In this document: positions 49,035-64,000 of the stretch, in pieces
How the letters are laid out: each line of letters opens with the position of its first letter
Numbering within the stretch: the stretch's first letter is position 1
Source of the DNA: Albugo candida
Taxonomy: Eukaryota
Assembly: GCA_040437565.1 (NCBI GenBank)
Contig: JBDOQK010000064.1
Location: forward strand, 1-64,000
Length of the DNA stretch: 64,000 bases
Direction of reading: 5' to 3'
Program-made: the position numbers and the translations under genes
The notes under the pieces: generated by a model
Database searches by the model: none
The model's input: only the letters and a program-made list of their open reading frames with translations
What the model was told of the DNA's origin: nothing

Positions 49035-51084
49035 ATGGGCTCATCGAAACGAGTTCGGTCTGATCATAGTCGCTATTCACGCCATCATTCTCGATCCGTT
49101 GAGAGAGATAGCAGGAAACGCTCTAGGAATTTCAATACAAGGCGTTCACGCTCTCCGTTACGCTCAACTCCTTTGCGGAATGACAGTCGACGTCATCGTC
49201 ATTCTTCCCGAAAAGAAAGTCATCGACGAAGGAGACGTAGTCGCTCCGCAAGCGCTCGATACCACACCAAGCGAAAACGACAAAATGAGCCTCCAAAACG
49301 ATCCGTTTCTTCTTCCTTATCCAATTCGATGAAATCCGACCTTGAAGGCGGTGTTGAAGAAGTGAAAATTACCGAAAATGCAACAGCTCAAGAAACAATT
49401 ACAAAAGACACACAAGAAACTCAATTTTTGCAGCAAGTAGAAATCGATATTGTGAGCTCAAAATCCGATGTGATACACGATCTCCCAGCCGAAGAAATCA
49501 AGATCCAAGGTATACAGAGCCAAATAGAAGCCCTCAAGAAGCTTCCCAAGACACTGACGAGCCCAAAAGTTCCCGAAAAGTTGGATGTAAGCACGCTAAA
49601 AATGGACATTTTAAATGTTTTAAAGGAGGCGCGTAACACTATCGCCGGTCTAAAATATGAGAACGCGATTGTTCCACAAACAAAGTCTGAAGCTGATGTG
49701 ATACAATCCGAAAGAACGTCGCCAACAACCGCAAAATTGATTTCAAAATGTCCAGAAAAAATGTCGAAACACGATGTTTCACTGACGGAATCGAATCCGG
49801 GCGATGACTTTGACATGTTCTCACTGGAAGAACAACAAGAAAACGTTTCCTCGATTGTAGCGCCCGTGCAGATATTAGCTGCTCCAACTTGTGAGGAGTC
49901 CAACTGTGATGATGGTGAGGGATACTATCGCGCAAGTGTGGGCGAAATATTGAATGCACGATATCGAGTTCTTGGAACCGTTGGCAAAGGAGTATTTTCG
50001 ACCGTGCTGCGATGTCTCGACTTGCATGCAACTCCCGCTGAAGACTCTGATACGAATTCTTCCGTCGTAGCTATCAAGCTAATCCGAAATAATGACACAA
50101 TGCGCAATGCATCGCAAACTGAAATCAAAGTTCTCAAAACGCTCGGGTCGCGGGATCCAAAAGATCGCAAACATTGTGTTCGTCTTCTCGACCATTTTGA
50201 GCATCGGAACCATATTTCTTTGGTTTTTGAGCCAATGCAAATGAATTTGAGGGAAGCGATGAAAAAGTTTGGAGGTAAAAGCGGTATTGCCATTCAGGCA
50301 GTTCGTATCTTTGCTCGTAATCTTTTGATCGCGCTGAGTCATCTTGAAGCCTGTGACGTGGTCCACGCCGGTGCGTACCGTACGATTGATCTTCTTGTTC
50401 CTCACGTTCTCTGTGTAGATGTCAAACCCGACAATATTCTGTTGGACGATAAGCAAACTACCGTCAAAGTTTGCGATTTCGGCTCGGCATTTTTTCGGAC
50501 CGATGGCACGCATCACGATCCGACTCCATACTTGGTGAGCCGATTCTACCGTGCTCCTGAAATCATTCTCGGGTTTCCGTATGATAAAGCGGTAGATATG
50601 TGGTCTATTGGTTGCTGTCTCTTTGAAATGTTTACCGGACAAGTTTTGTTTCCAGGGAGTACCAACAACGAAATGCTCAAGTTGTTCATGCAATTGAAGG
50701 GGAAATTGCCATCCAAATTCATCAAGAGGCATCGAACTGTGTACCTCGAGCAGTTTCAGATGGAGCCTCATTTCACAGATGAGATGAGATTCATTAGTCG
50801 CGAGACGGATCGTGTGACAGGTAGAGGAGCTCTTTTGGCTGTGTCTGATGTGCGGGATCTTTTATTGGCTGTGATTCTCTGTAGGGAAGCCAATCGTTCG
50901 ACATCTGGAAGGAATGAAAACCCGTACGGATCTCGGGAACATACTGATGGCCGCCAAGAGCAGTACCGATAAGAAAAATCATGTGCAGGAATTACAAAAC
51001 CTGCTGGATAAGATGTTGATGCTGGATCCATCGAAACGCATTTGTGTCCGTGAAGCACTCGCTCATTCATTTGTCAAAAAGTGA
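49035..51084 (+). CDS. PRP4K: Serine/threonine kinase PRP4 (CMGC)
   Basis: RS-rich N-terminus, DDGEGYY, GKGVFSTV, HADVKPDN after removing intron 50371-50418, TPYLVSRFYRAPE. Intron 50821-50884 restores the C-terminus LDPSKRI..EALAHSF. Confidence 0.93.
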
Positions 51085-51643
51085 GTCAATTTAGAAATAA
51101 CAGCCAATCAGACAAGTGAGCGGTTGAAGAACACTTCTACCGCTTTATCTATCAATTTTGATGTGTTTTTCCGTCGTTTTGAATCGCTTTGTGTAAGAGC
51201 GTACACTCTGTTTTCATACCATCTGTGAACACAAACAAGATCCACTGTGCGGTCACTCACTGTCACGCAGTTTTGAATCTATAGCAAGCTCTTTTTTGTA
51301 TAAAATGCTCGAAAACAGCTGCAGTGAAATCGATCCTTTGGATTCCTCGAATGATCAACAAGTCCCAAGGCCATCGCTCACTGAAAGAGATCGACATTTG
51401 CGCTTTGTGACAGCTGTGCAAATGCGAAAAAAATGATTTTGAGTTGCGACACTCAATCTGATTCCAAGATGGAATCAGATTCTACCCGGAAGAGCGGATG
51501 CTATTTGTAGGTGCGCGCTTTCGACGATGTTTGAGCCTACCAGACGTATCCAAAGGTCACACAAGACCTTTCATGGTCGATAAAGACTGATGCATTGATT
51601 GTACAACCACTTTAACATTTATCAACTCCATAAGAGCACTTAA

Positions 51644-52693
51644 ATGGCACGATTTCAATACGGTTTTGCGTATCTCTCGCTGGCGTTAATGATCGCTGCG
51701 GTTATCACAAAGGAACTTCCATCATGCAAACTGAACGCTTCGGAAGGGAATTTGAATAACGGCGTCACAATTGTATTGGATCCTTCGTGTCGTAACGGAG
51801 GATTGGGATGTATCACCGATAAGTGCACGTATTGCAGGACGTTCAATACTTCCGAATCAGCCCATTTGCGTGAATGTGACCAAATCGGATGGTACAATAT
51901 TTTGACACAGGCTTCCTCATCCTCCTCTGCAGAGACTCGATGCACTGCATCCGTGTCTTCGAGCGATTTCGACGTGGGAATCAATATCATTCCCGATACC
52001 AATTGCAGTAATGGAGGCCTCGGATGTGTCGATGAGAACTGCAGATATTGTAAGATGAAGGACACCAATCAGTCTGCTCATTTGGATCCTTGTGCTGATT
52101 TCGGATACGCTTTTGAATACGATGGAGACGTATGCGCTGCTTCGCTTTCTCAAGGAGATGCCGCTGCTGGTGTGAATATTGTGACGGATCCGCAGTGTGC
52201 TTTTGGAGGTATTGGGTGTTTCCAAGAGACATGTCGCTACTGTCAACTGTTTGACACCGAAAAATCCAAAGATTACGTAAATTGCTCGCGATTCAACTCG
52301 TCACTGGACACGTTTGCATCATCCGATCAAAAAGAGACGAATTGCTCATTGGAGTTTTCGAGCGTCACACAAGGGCTTTACGCGGTCACAGATCTATCAT
52401 GTCAGCAAGGAAATGCCTCCTGTATATCCGATCAGTGTCGTTTGTGCGCACTTGGGCCCAATGCGTCATTGCCCAACTTGATGCCCTGCAGCGCGTTCAG
52501 AGATTTCGTGTTTGAGCGACCAATTTGCGAATTTGAATCCGTCTATCTGGACAAGGAGGTTGCTATTATCCCGGACACAAATTGCACAGAGGAAAGCTGG
52601 GACTGTTTTGCTTCAAATTGCCGAGTTTGTCAATTTGGATCATTGGCCGCCGGACTATCTTCATGCTCTGATTCCGGATACGCTTTTACCTGA
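51644..52693 (+). CDS. Secreted cysteine-rich repeat protein
   Basis: Signal peptide, then five repeats of D..C..GG(L/I)GC....C(R/T).C.........C (the last two divergent). Confidence 0.88.
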   Translation: MARFQYGFAYLSLALMIAAVITKELPSCKLNASEGNLNNGVTIVLDPSCRNGGLGCITDKCTYCRTFNTSESAHLRECDQIGWYNILTQASSSSSAETRCTASVSSSDFDVGINIIPDTNCSNGGLGCVDENCRYCKMKDTNQSAHLDPCADFGYAFEYDGDVCAASLSQGDAAAGVNIVTDPQCAFGGIGCFQETCRYCQLFDTEKSKDYVNCSRFNSSLDTFASSDQKETNCSLEFSSVTQGLYAVTDLSCQQGNASCISDQCRLCALGPNASLPNLMPCSAFRDFVFERPICEFESVYLDKEVAIIPDTNCTEESWDCFASNCRVCQFGSLAAGLSSCSDSGYAFT

Positions 52694-52824
52694 TTCGTCT
52701 CAGACTCAGAACGTACTGACTATAACGGACGTGGTAAGGGTTGTTTAGGTTCGGACACTTTTTCTCAGTGTCCGAACTCTTTATAGTATAAAAACGAATT
52801 ATAAGCGTCTTTACACAGAGCTCC

Positions 52825-55158
52825 ATGAAAAGGTTGCATTGCTCCCTCGCTGTGCGTCTTCTTGTGATCGCGTGTCTACGCTGGCCAGCATGTGACGCGT
52901 CTGAATGTACTTCAATCACACAGAATGTTTTGACGAGTGAAAACTGCCCTGCCAATTGTCTGAACAATCCGTGTGTCTTATACGCTCCTTCCCTGCGCAC
53001 TCGACTTCCATGCAGAAATACTGGCGCTTCTGGCTCATGTCTGGTCGACAGTAGCTACACTTCCGATTCCGGGCCGTGTGAGATCACCTATCAGTGCCTG
53101 GACTCTATGGTGAACGCACAAGACAGTTGGTTTCTATCAACCGGATACATCAAACAGAGTGACACAATGACACAAGCATACGTCACAGTCATTGAAAATC
53201 TTCGATTCGATCCTTCGATCGTCTCCGTGTACGTCTTTTTCCACTCATAATTTCCTCTGCTAACATTTTGCAATCAGGCAACTGAATGGAGGCCCCACAA
53301 TCGGTACCAAAGGTGTCATGCAAAACATTCAATTAGAGCCTTCGTTCTTCTCCAATCAGCCGAGCACCGTCTTGCAATTGTACGTCAAAACCAATGTTTT
53401 TCCATACTATCACTAAGTCATTTCTCAGTATTGGAATGCATATTAATTTGCGCGCTTTTTTGGATCAATCGAATGTGAATTTCCCTCCAACATTGACGCA
53501 TTTGTACCTGGTCAATGTCAACTTACAAGCTCTCCCCAAACAAATTGCCAATTGCTCTCTCACGTACCTGTACGCACTCTATTGACAATGGCATAGTCCT
53601 ATCCTCTAATGTATCACTATTTCTCCATAGCGATATATCTCAAAACTACCTCACTTCCTTCCCTTCGGAAACAAGCAGTTTGTATCGAAGTCTTCAGTCA
53701 TTGACCACACTCAATTTGGCCGAAAACAATATCGCTAATCTGAGCAGTCCGCTTCCTTCCAAATTGGAGAATCTGTGCGTTGTGTCGCATTACGCGGCGT
53801 AAGGCTCACTGCTCACTCACATTTGATCTGTTAGCACACTATCAGGCAACCCGATGGAATTCATACCACCGGTTGTATTTCTTTCGAATGCGTTGAAAGA
53901 GTTGCGAATGAAAGCGTGTCAGTTGTCAAATGTGAAATTAACGTCAGAGCAATTTGCATTTTTAGAGTCTCTATCGACTTTCGACGCGGATATGGCATTT
54001 TCAGGTCATTGTGCTCGCGGGTATGGAGCCACAGCGTCTCGAAATGGCAAAGTGTGTGTGTTTGGAGCTGCTGATACGACTTCGACTTCTTCATCGACGG
54101 GACTTATCGTCGGACTTGTGCTTGGCGCTGTAGGAATTGTACTCGTTGCTTGCTCGTATGTGTATTGGCGTCGAAAAAGTCGTCAGGAAAAGTACTCGAC
54201 AAAGGGAAATAGTCGTTTCGACACCGATCTCACTGAAGATATGCTTCGAGACGGAAGTGGCGGCGTATCTGGTGAGACGCACGGATCCTCGAGTATTTGG
54301 AATGATTCCGACTTGCTAGCGGTTCGAGTCGATTACAAAGATGTCCGACTTGTAAAGCTGTTGTCTCGTGGAGGCTTTGGCGAAGTGTGGCTTGGATCGT
54401 ACATGAACGAAGAAGTCGCTGTGAAGCGATTGCTTTCCGACAAAAAGACGATGAGCGATGCATTAGCATTTGCTTCCGAAGTCAAAGTGATGGCGAAATT
54501 GGAACATCCGAAAATCGTCCGATTCATTGGCGTTGCGTGGTCGACGGCATTGACAATTCAGGCCGTCACGGAGTATATGGATTGTGGAGATTTGAAAAGT
54601 CTGTTGAATTCTCGCAAAGGCTCCTCACTCACTTGGGCGAATCTCAAATGTCAGATCGCGATCGATATCGCCGATGCGCTCGTGTATATGCACACAATGA
54701 ATCCGAAAATCATTCATCGCGATCTCAAGTCTCGAAACGTTCTCGTGGATGCACAACAGGGAGCCAAATTGAGCGATTTCGGGATCTCTAGGAATCGATC
54801 ATTAGAAGACACAATGACAGCCGGTGTTGGTACTGCTCGATGGATTGCCCCGGAAGTCATTCTCGGCGGACATTACACGGAATTGGCCGATGTGTACTCA
54901 TTGGGCGTCGTACTGACGGAATTGGATACGTGTAAGAATCCTTTTCATGATGCGGTGAATACCAACGGATCCAAGATGCAAGATGTCACAATCTTACAAT
55001 TGGTGTCATCCGGACAGCTAAAGCCTTCCTTCTCTCCAAGCTGTCCTTCTTCGATCGTGAAATTGGCGGAAGCGTGTCTTGCATTCCATCCATCCGAACG
55101 ACCGGGAGCCATCCACGTGTCGTATGAACTTCGGAAAATCCTACGAGAAGAGCTTTGA
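52825..55158 (+). CDS. Receptor-like kinase: signal peptide, Cys-rich + LRR ectodomain, TM, TKL kinase (multi-exon)
   Basis: Signal-like N-terminus, LRR exons (LTHLYLVNVNLQALP, LTTLNLAENNI) separated by short GT-AG introns, TM GLIVGLVLGAVGIVLVA, SRGGFGEVW, HRDLKSRN, DFG, GTARWIAPE. Confidence 0.92.
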
Positions 55159-55336
55159 GACGAGATCATGGAATTCTATGGGTGCATGGAGGCTTTGTGT
55201 AGTGGAAATGAAAGCGTGCGTTCAATGTCGAGTGAGACGATCAACTGACTGAAAATGAATGATTCCATCAGACTTGCGAGAAGATAGAAGACATGATAGC
55301 TATATTGCGTGTAACACACAGTCTTTCACTGGCGAC

Positions 55337-57802
<2,466 letters not shown>

Positions 57803-57909
57803 TGTTTTTNNNNNNNNNNNNNNNNNNNNNNNNNNNNNNNNNNNNNNNNNNNNNNNNNNNNNNNNNNNNNNNNNNNNNNNNNNNNNNNNNNNNNNNNNNN
57901 NNNNNNNNN

Positions 57910-58446
<537 letters not shown>

Positions 58447-59301
58447 AGAAGTTGAAAAAGATACAATTATCTACGGATTACATACATTCAGGGTGAATTG
58501 TGTGAATGTATTATTGGATCGCTCCCCCTTTGAAATGAATACAAAGCAGCCGACGGCGAAGGGAGCGCGATCGCAGTTTAAGAATGAGGTAAGAGGGCAA
58601 AGGTACCTTTTTCCTTTCGCTCGCTTTCCTTTCTCGTTCTTTGCCGTTGGCGAAATTTTCGTTTGTGTTGGATTTGGCTCGGGGTTAATACCGGTACTTT
58701 ATTGATACCGGTATCTGGTCGCCATTGAAGAGATACGAAAGGCTTACTTTACAAAATCTGTGGAGGTATTCCAGCGTCTTGGCGTTGTATTAAAAGAAAA
58801 CTACAGTTGTTCGATACGCACTTCTATAGACCTATATTACCATCATTCTGTTTCTAAGGACGTTCATTCTTGCTACATGAATTCATTTGATATTCTTATT
58901 AAACTCTTATCCGAAAGGTGCGTTCAGTTACATGTCAAATGAAACATGCGGCGTAATGTCCCACTTGACTTTGTACTCAAGTTAGACTGACTAATTAAAG
59001 TGCATTCGTCAGTGAGTCAATCAAATCGAACGTAAGCGGTTCAGTCTCTTCATCTTCTTTTCCCCAAGCAATCTCCAAGTACACTTAAGAATTCCACTGC
59101 ACCTTAAAACACATGTACAACACTTTTCCGTAGATCATAAGTAATTAACGTAGAAAGTCTGACTGTATATTTCACGCTGTGCAGAATAATCGCTCGCAAA
59201 GCATTGATGCAAACGCTTAAAACCCACTAATCAAAGCAATTTGAAAATAAAATAAAATTGAGACTTATCGATACTGTACAAGCAAAGGAACGAGTAAAGC
59301 A

Positions 59302-60530
59302 ATGTCTCATTTCTCCATTTGGTTGTTCTTTCGTATCGCTTTATCGCTTCTGAACGTCTGTAAGTTGCCCCCATGTAAATTGCTCGACATCTGCTCATCT
59401 TCTCTCAGTACGAGGCCAGCAGTGTCCAACGGTCTGTAATACCACGCCTGTGTATGGTTTTGCAGCTGGCGGGGTACCCGGATGCACATGCGCGCCGGGA
59501 AGTTCGTCCAATGGATGTGAATGTGGGAAATGTTACGTACCCTCGAATGGAGGTGTGTATGGTTACTCGTATCAAGCTGATGGAACGTGTCCATTTAAGG
59601 GAATTGACTGCTGTAAGTCCTTTCGATAAGCCGAGAAATTATGCTAAGTCTCTGTTTACATACAGCCAAATGCACACAAATAGAAACAGATCCGATAAAG
59701 GAAGCAGAAAAATCTACAAAGAGTGATGTTCCTGTTACAGTGAATGCTACCAACACGTTACAAAAGCCCGAAATCGAATCAGACCGTGAAACCACGTCAA
59801 AAGGTTGCGTTGAAATGTGACATCATAAAGTACGAGTCTGATAGTATCCCTCTAGTGCCATCAACTCCTGCGCCACCAACGACTCCATCACCATCACCAT
59901 CATCGCCGCCCTCCAGCCAAGAAAATACCACTAATAAGGGCTCTGAAGATGACGATATCATTCCCATAAACACAGGCATTCCTCATCAGCTCTACCCATC
60001 GTCTTGAACTGACATTCTCTCTGATGATAGAAAAGTCGAGAGGATTAGCGACGTGGCAAATTGTTGTCATCATTTGCTGTTGCACAATGGGTTTTATTGT
60101 GGTTATGGTAGCGATATTGTCTTGTTATTGTCGAGCACGGAAGCGACTGGTAGCAAACGAAGCCGCCGAAGATGACGCAGACTTTTACCGGTTCAATTTC
60201 GATTTACCAACAACAGGAACACCGGCGGTATTGAAGTCCTCTATGATGAATGCGCGTGGATACAACGCACTTAGCAGAGAACAACGTGAAAGTTGTAGTG
60301 GATCTACGCTAAGTGCCGCAGTAAGTGCCCATCAGGTTTCTCGACGCGGATCAGGCGATAGTACAGTAGCCCTCGATACAGCAGATTCTGCTACCGATCG
60401 ACATACTACCTTACAAAGTCTCCGCGAAAATAGCAAATCAAATCAATCGAATCGGAATCTCAATAGTGAGCAACGAATCGGAAATGAGATTTTAAGTGGG
60501 AGGAAAGAATCTCTAATGATAGATTTATAA
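59302..60530 (+). CDS. Type I membrane protein with Cys-rich N-terminal domain and Pro/Ser/Thr stalk (multi-exon)
   Basis: Spliced: MSHFSIWLFFRIALSLLNV / RGQQCPTVC...GCTCAPG..GCECGKC..GTCPFKGIDC / ...STPAPPTTPSPSPSSPP / TM WQIVVIICCCTMGFIVVMVAILSCYC-RARKR. gtaagt donors seen. Confidence 0.78.
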
Positions 60531-60753
60531 ATAAAATGATGGAGGTATTACGTTGTAAAGAAATAAAATGGGATCAGAGTGGTGTATTGATCATAAAGAT
60601 AAGAAACGAAAAGAACAAGTACGATCGAGTCTTTCGATGAAGCTTTCAACGCGCTCAACTCTCCATTTCGTTCTCTCAAAAGTATCTGTAAATGTATTTC
60701 GTATTCATCCTTTCCCATTCATAAATTCTCGATAAATAATTGGCTAAAAATTC

Positions 60754-61473
60754 TTATGCTTTCTCCAAATCTGATGAAACAGGAACAAATATCTTGGCGT
60801 CCATAATAGCGACGCTGGAATGCATCGAAACGTATCCTTTTGTTCGTGGATAGATGACGAATAGCGACAATTGCATACCCGCCAGGAAAAAATTGATCAA
60901 ATTCGGGAGAAACACAATGATATCGCGTATCATGAGACCGTACACGAGCCACAAAATACTGTTCATGAATGCGGCGACAATCATTGGAAATGGCAACATG
61001 TCGGAACTTTTTTCGGCGATCACTTTTTTCACAACCGCTAAAGGCGATGCAAACATGACCGTGCACACTGATATCCCAGTGTATCCCACAACTGATTGTA
61101 CTGTTGCATGCGACACTGGAGCAAATAGACAAAATGAGAAGAAGATCGACAATGCTACTGCCATTCCAATCAGACATTTCCGGACGTGTACAGAGTCGCT
61201 GGCATATTTGGAGAATATATAAAGGTAATAGGTCACGATAATGATTCCAACGGCATTTGTCAGTAAGAGTGGGAATATGTTGTGAGCGAGAATTCCGTAT
61301 AAACACCAGCATATCGCGTTGCAAAACATCGAAGTGAGTGGAAGAATGCGTCGGGAATGCTTTATTTTCGCGGCCTGAATAGCTCGAATGTCTGCAAATG
61401 GACTGGCAAAGAGATACAGCGAGGACATTGATGCAAAGAATTTGACGACATTGATCACTGCAGTTGATACCAT
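60754..61473 (-). CDS. SWEET/MtN3 family sugar transporter
   Basis: Seven hydrophobic segments, two MtN3 repeats (LFASP...WCLYG; MFASPL...WLVYG...PN). Likely ATG at MVSTAV. Confidence 0.93.
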   Translation of the reverse strand: MVSTAVINVVKFFASMSSLYLFASPFADIRAIQAAKIKHSRRILPLTSMFCNAICWCLYGILAHNIFPLLLTNAVGIIIVTYYLYIFSKYASDSVHVRKCLIGMAVALSIFFSFCLFAPVSHATVQSVVGYTGISVCTVMFASPLAVVKKVIAEKSSDMLPFPMIVAAFMNSILWLVYGLMIRDIIVFLPNLINFFLAGMQLSLFVIYPRTKGYVSMHSSVAIMDAKIFVPVSSDLEKA

Positions 61474-61773
61474 ATCTACCGTTTGATAGAGATTGAAAAG
61501 TGAATGACGCAGAGCAATTAAGAGAAGCGGTTCATCATCCAATGTGCCAATTTCGTATTCAAAATAGATGAAAATACCTAAATATAGGCGAAAGAGCTAT
61601 AAATGCCCTCGATTTAGGTGCAAAGATACCTTATCAAAACATAACTGCTGTGCCAATCTCGCATAACTGCAGCTGACATGATCGATAATAATTCCCATAT
61701 ACTCGGTCAAACGCAGCGAACCAATCAATCCACTTGAATCACTTTTCATTGCGATTATTTCTCTCTTGCCGAC

Positions 61774-62692
61774 ATGCCTCGTGGACCTCGTAAGCATCTA
61801 AAGCGTCTATCAGCGCCCAAGCATTGGATGCTTGGGAAGCTGGATGGTGTATGGGCCCCACGTCCTTCCTCTGGTCCACACAAGCTGCGCGAATGTCTTC
61901 CATTGATTATCATCTTACGTAATCGACTAAAGTATGCGTTGACAAAACAAGAAGTCACCATGATATGCATGCAGAAAGCAATCAAAGTGGACGGTAAAAT
62001 CCGCGTGGATCCCAATTTCCCTGCAGGTTTTATGGATATCGTTGAAATTCCCAAAAGCGGTGATCAATTTCGCTTGTTGTACGACACCAAAGGGCGATTC
62101 GTCTTACATCGTGTCAACCACGAAGAGAAAAAGTACAAACTTTGTAAAGTCATCCGTCAAGAATACACAAAGAAAGCGATTCCGTATGTTGCAACCAACG
62201 ATGGCCGAACGATTCGCTACCCGGATCCGCTCGTCCGAATTAATGACACTGTGAAAATTGATTTAGAAACCGGCAAAATCGTTGATTTTATTAAATTTGA
62301 AACTGGAAATCTTGTCATGGTCACACGGGGACGAAATACCGGTATTGTTGGAATGCTGCATCAAATTGAGAGGTAGGAACACACCCTTTCTATCATACTA
62401 GCTCTACGAGCAGGGTGTGGTGGTAACTGTCTCCATTGTGGCTATATGCACGCAAGCTGCGAATCAAGTCGTATTTGTCTCACATGCTTGTGCTTTCTTT
62501 CGTAGACACGAAGGTTCCTTCAGTATCGCACGTATCAAAGATTCAACAGGTCATGAATTTGCCACTCGTTTGGGTAATGTGTTTGTGATTGGAGTTGGAT
62601 CACGACCTTGGATCTCACTTCCAAAGGGAAAAGGGATCAAGCTCAGTATCTTGGAAGAGCGTAGTGTTCGAGAACAAAAGAGTCTCAATTAG
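61774..62692 (+). CDS. RPS4: 40S ribosomal protein S4 (eS4)
   Basis: [20 protein letters not shown]...; intron 62373-62505; ...[10 protein letters not shown]...[13 protein letters not shown]. Confidence 0.98.
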
Positions 62693-63230
62693 AAGCAGAT
62701 GTACTTTGACTGAGCTAACGAGAGAATACAGGAGAGATTCGCTAGTTGAGAGTTGACGAATCGCGAGTCATGCTGTCTATCCACCCACCGCCATCCTCAT
62801 TGACGCGCGCTCCGACGTCATACGTTAAAGGGCATCCATTATCATACATTAACCAACACTTTGACTACCCTTAATAGAGAGCGTACTTGTGATGGTAATA
62901 GACTTTGTATCGCAATTCGTGTTGCCGGTCAATCGCTCATCATTTGATCAGCACTCTATACCGCGCATCCCGAAATCTTTAGACGTCAGTTGTGATTCAT
63001 ACGACGACAGGAAATGAAAAGAAAAAAGTCGTGTACAGCTTACAAACGAACAAAAGCGACAAAAAGCGAAAAGCATCCGAATCGTATGGTATCACTGTAA
63101 ACGACCTTCGTCCCTACTGACGCGAAAAGTATCGTTCGCGCATGGCAGTCATTCCCTTCACCCATTCGACCCTTGTAAGCTCCTAACGTATTTCGGGATA
63201 GGTCTGTAGGATACAGTCGTTTCTCTCTTT

Positions 63231-63258
63231 TTATCTTATCTTATCTTATCTTATCTTA
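63231..63258. repeat. (TTATC)n microsatellite
   Basis: About 5.5 copies upstream of the hydrolase gene. Confidence 0.9.
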
Positions 63259-63334
63259 AGTTCGTATCGAAAGTCAAAAAGTTGGAACAGTTTAATTGCT
63301 CCAAACGTTGTGCCGTATAACTAATTCCTAAACA

Positions 63335-64000
63335 ATGGGAAACTCTGAATCTCGCGGTACCACGGACCATCCATTGACACTTACTGTACCGGAATCAGCT
63401 TTGTCTTCTTGTTGTGAGAATGACATTGCACGAATTCACCGATCTTCCACTTTACCGCCTCCTTATGCAGCTGAGAATCACACGACATCAACACTGCTTC
63501 CGAATTCTGTATCTGTAACACTCGATACCGATATCTCACGTCGTGGCGATCATTTACACTCTCAATCGCTTCATAACGAGCGCGGTGGCATCGAATTAGG
63601 ACAACAAGTCGTAGAGGACACCACCACTAAAGTCGGTTATTGGTATCTGATAAAAAACGGATACAATGAACTCGTTCATTTGATCATTCGACCGCCTAGA
63701 GCTAGGTATCAAATCAAGGATCTTGGACCACACCAATTTACATTTCTAGGATCGCACTATTACCGCTCCGACTTTCAAGTTGTAAATGCTCGGAATCAGA
63801 CCTTAGAGTGCTCGTTTTGGCGCGTGAAGGGATTGGACAATAGCCAGAAACCTCCATGTGTCATCTATCTCCATGGGAACTCGTCATGTCGCTTGGAATG
63901 TCTCTCAATCTTACGAACGTGTTTATCGTCCGGCCTCAGTGTCGTTGCCTTTGATGGAGCAGGAAGCGGGAAATCACAAGGAGAGTACATTTCGTTGGGG
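63335..64000 (+). CDS. Alpha/beta hydrolase fold protein, truncated by window end
   Basis: Open from ATG to window end: MGNSES (myristoylation-like), IIRPPRARY, CVIYLHGNSSCRLE, AFDGAGSGKSQGEYISLG. Not in the ORF track because it lacks a stop. Confidence 0.9.
   Translation, partial: MGNSESRGTTDHPLTLTVPESALSSCCENDIARIHRSSTLPPPYAAENHTTSTLLPNSVSVTLDTDISRRGDHLHSQSLHNERGGIELGQQVVEDTTTKVGYWYLIKNGYNELVHLIIRPPRARYQIKDLGPHQFTFLGSHYYRSDFQVVNARNQTLECSFWRVKGLDNSQKPPCVIYLHGNSSCRLECLSILRTCLSSGLSVVAFDGAGSGKSQGEYISLG

Noticed and set aside
50371-50972. Aberrant PRP4 kinase catalytic loop and C-terminus in the 645-aa ORF
   Set aside because: Explained by two retained GT-AG introns; splicing restores normal motifs.

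Overview
Eukaryotic, intron-containing oomycete scaffold with many 100-N gaps. Albugo-like origin is an inference from ~50-nt introns, compact intergenics and gene content. The window has two compartments. About 1-43 kb is gene-sparse: nested MULE, Tc1/IS630, copia, gypsy and LINE relics, two mitochondrial insertions (cox1, rns), a tRNA-Thr/SINE-like element, a damaged TFIIB-like + DNL zinc-finger gene pair, decayed Cys-rich effector-like genes, and three highly divergent small secreted-protein genes sharing a 5' leader/promoter. About 44-64 kb is gene-dense: PDR/ABCG transporter, PRP4 kinase, Cys-repeat secreted protein, LRR-TKL receptor kinase, CDC48, a Cys-rich mucin-like membrane protein, SWEET, RPS4 and a truncated alpha/beta hydrolase. 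Six exact duplications flanking gaps are treated as assembly overlaps. All calls are by eye; no searches were run.
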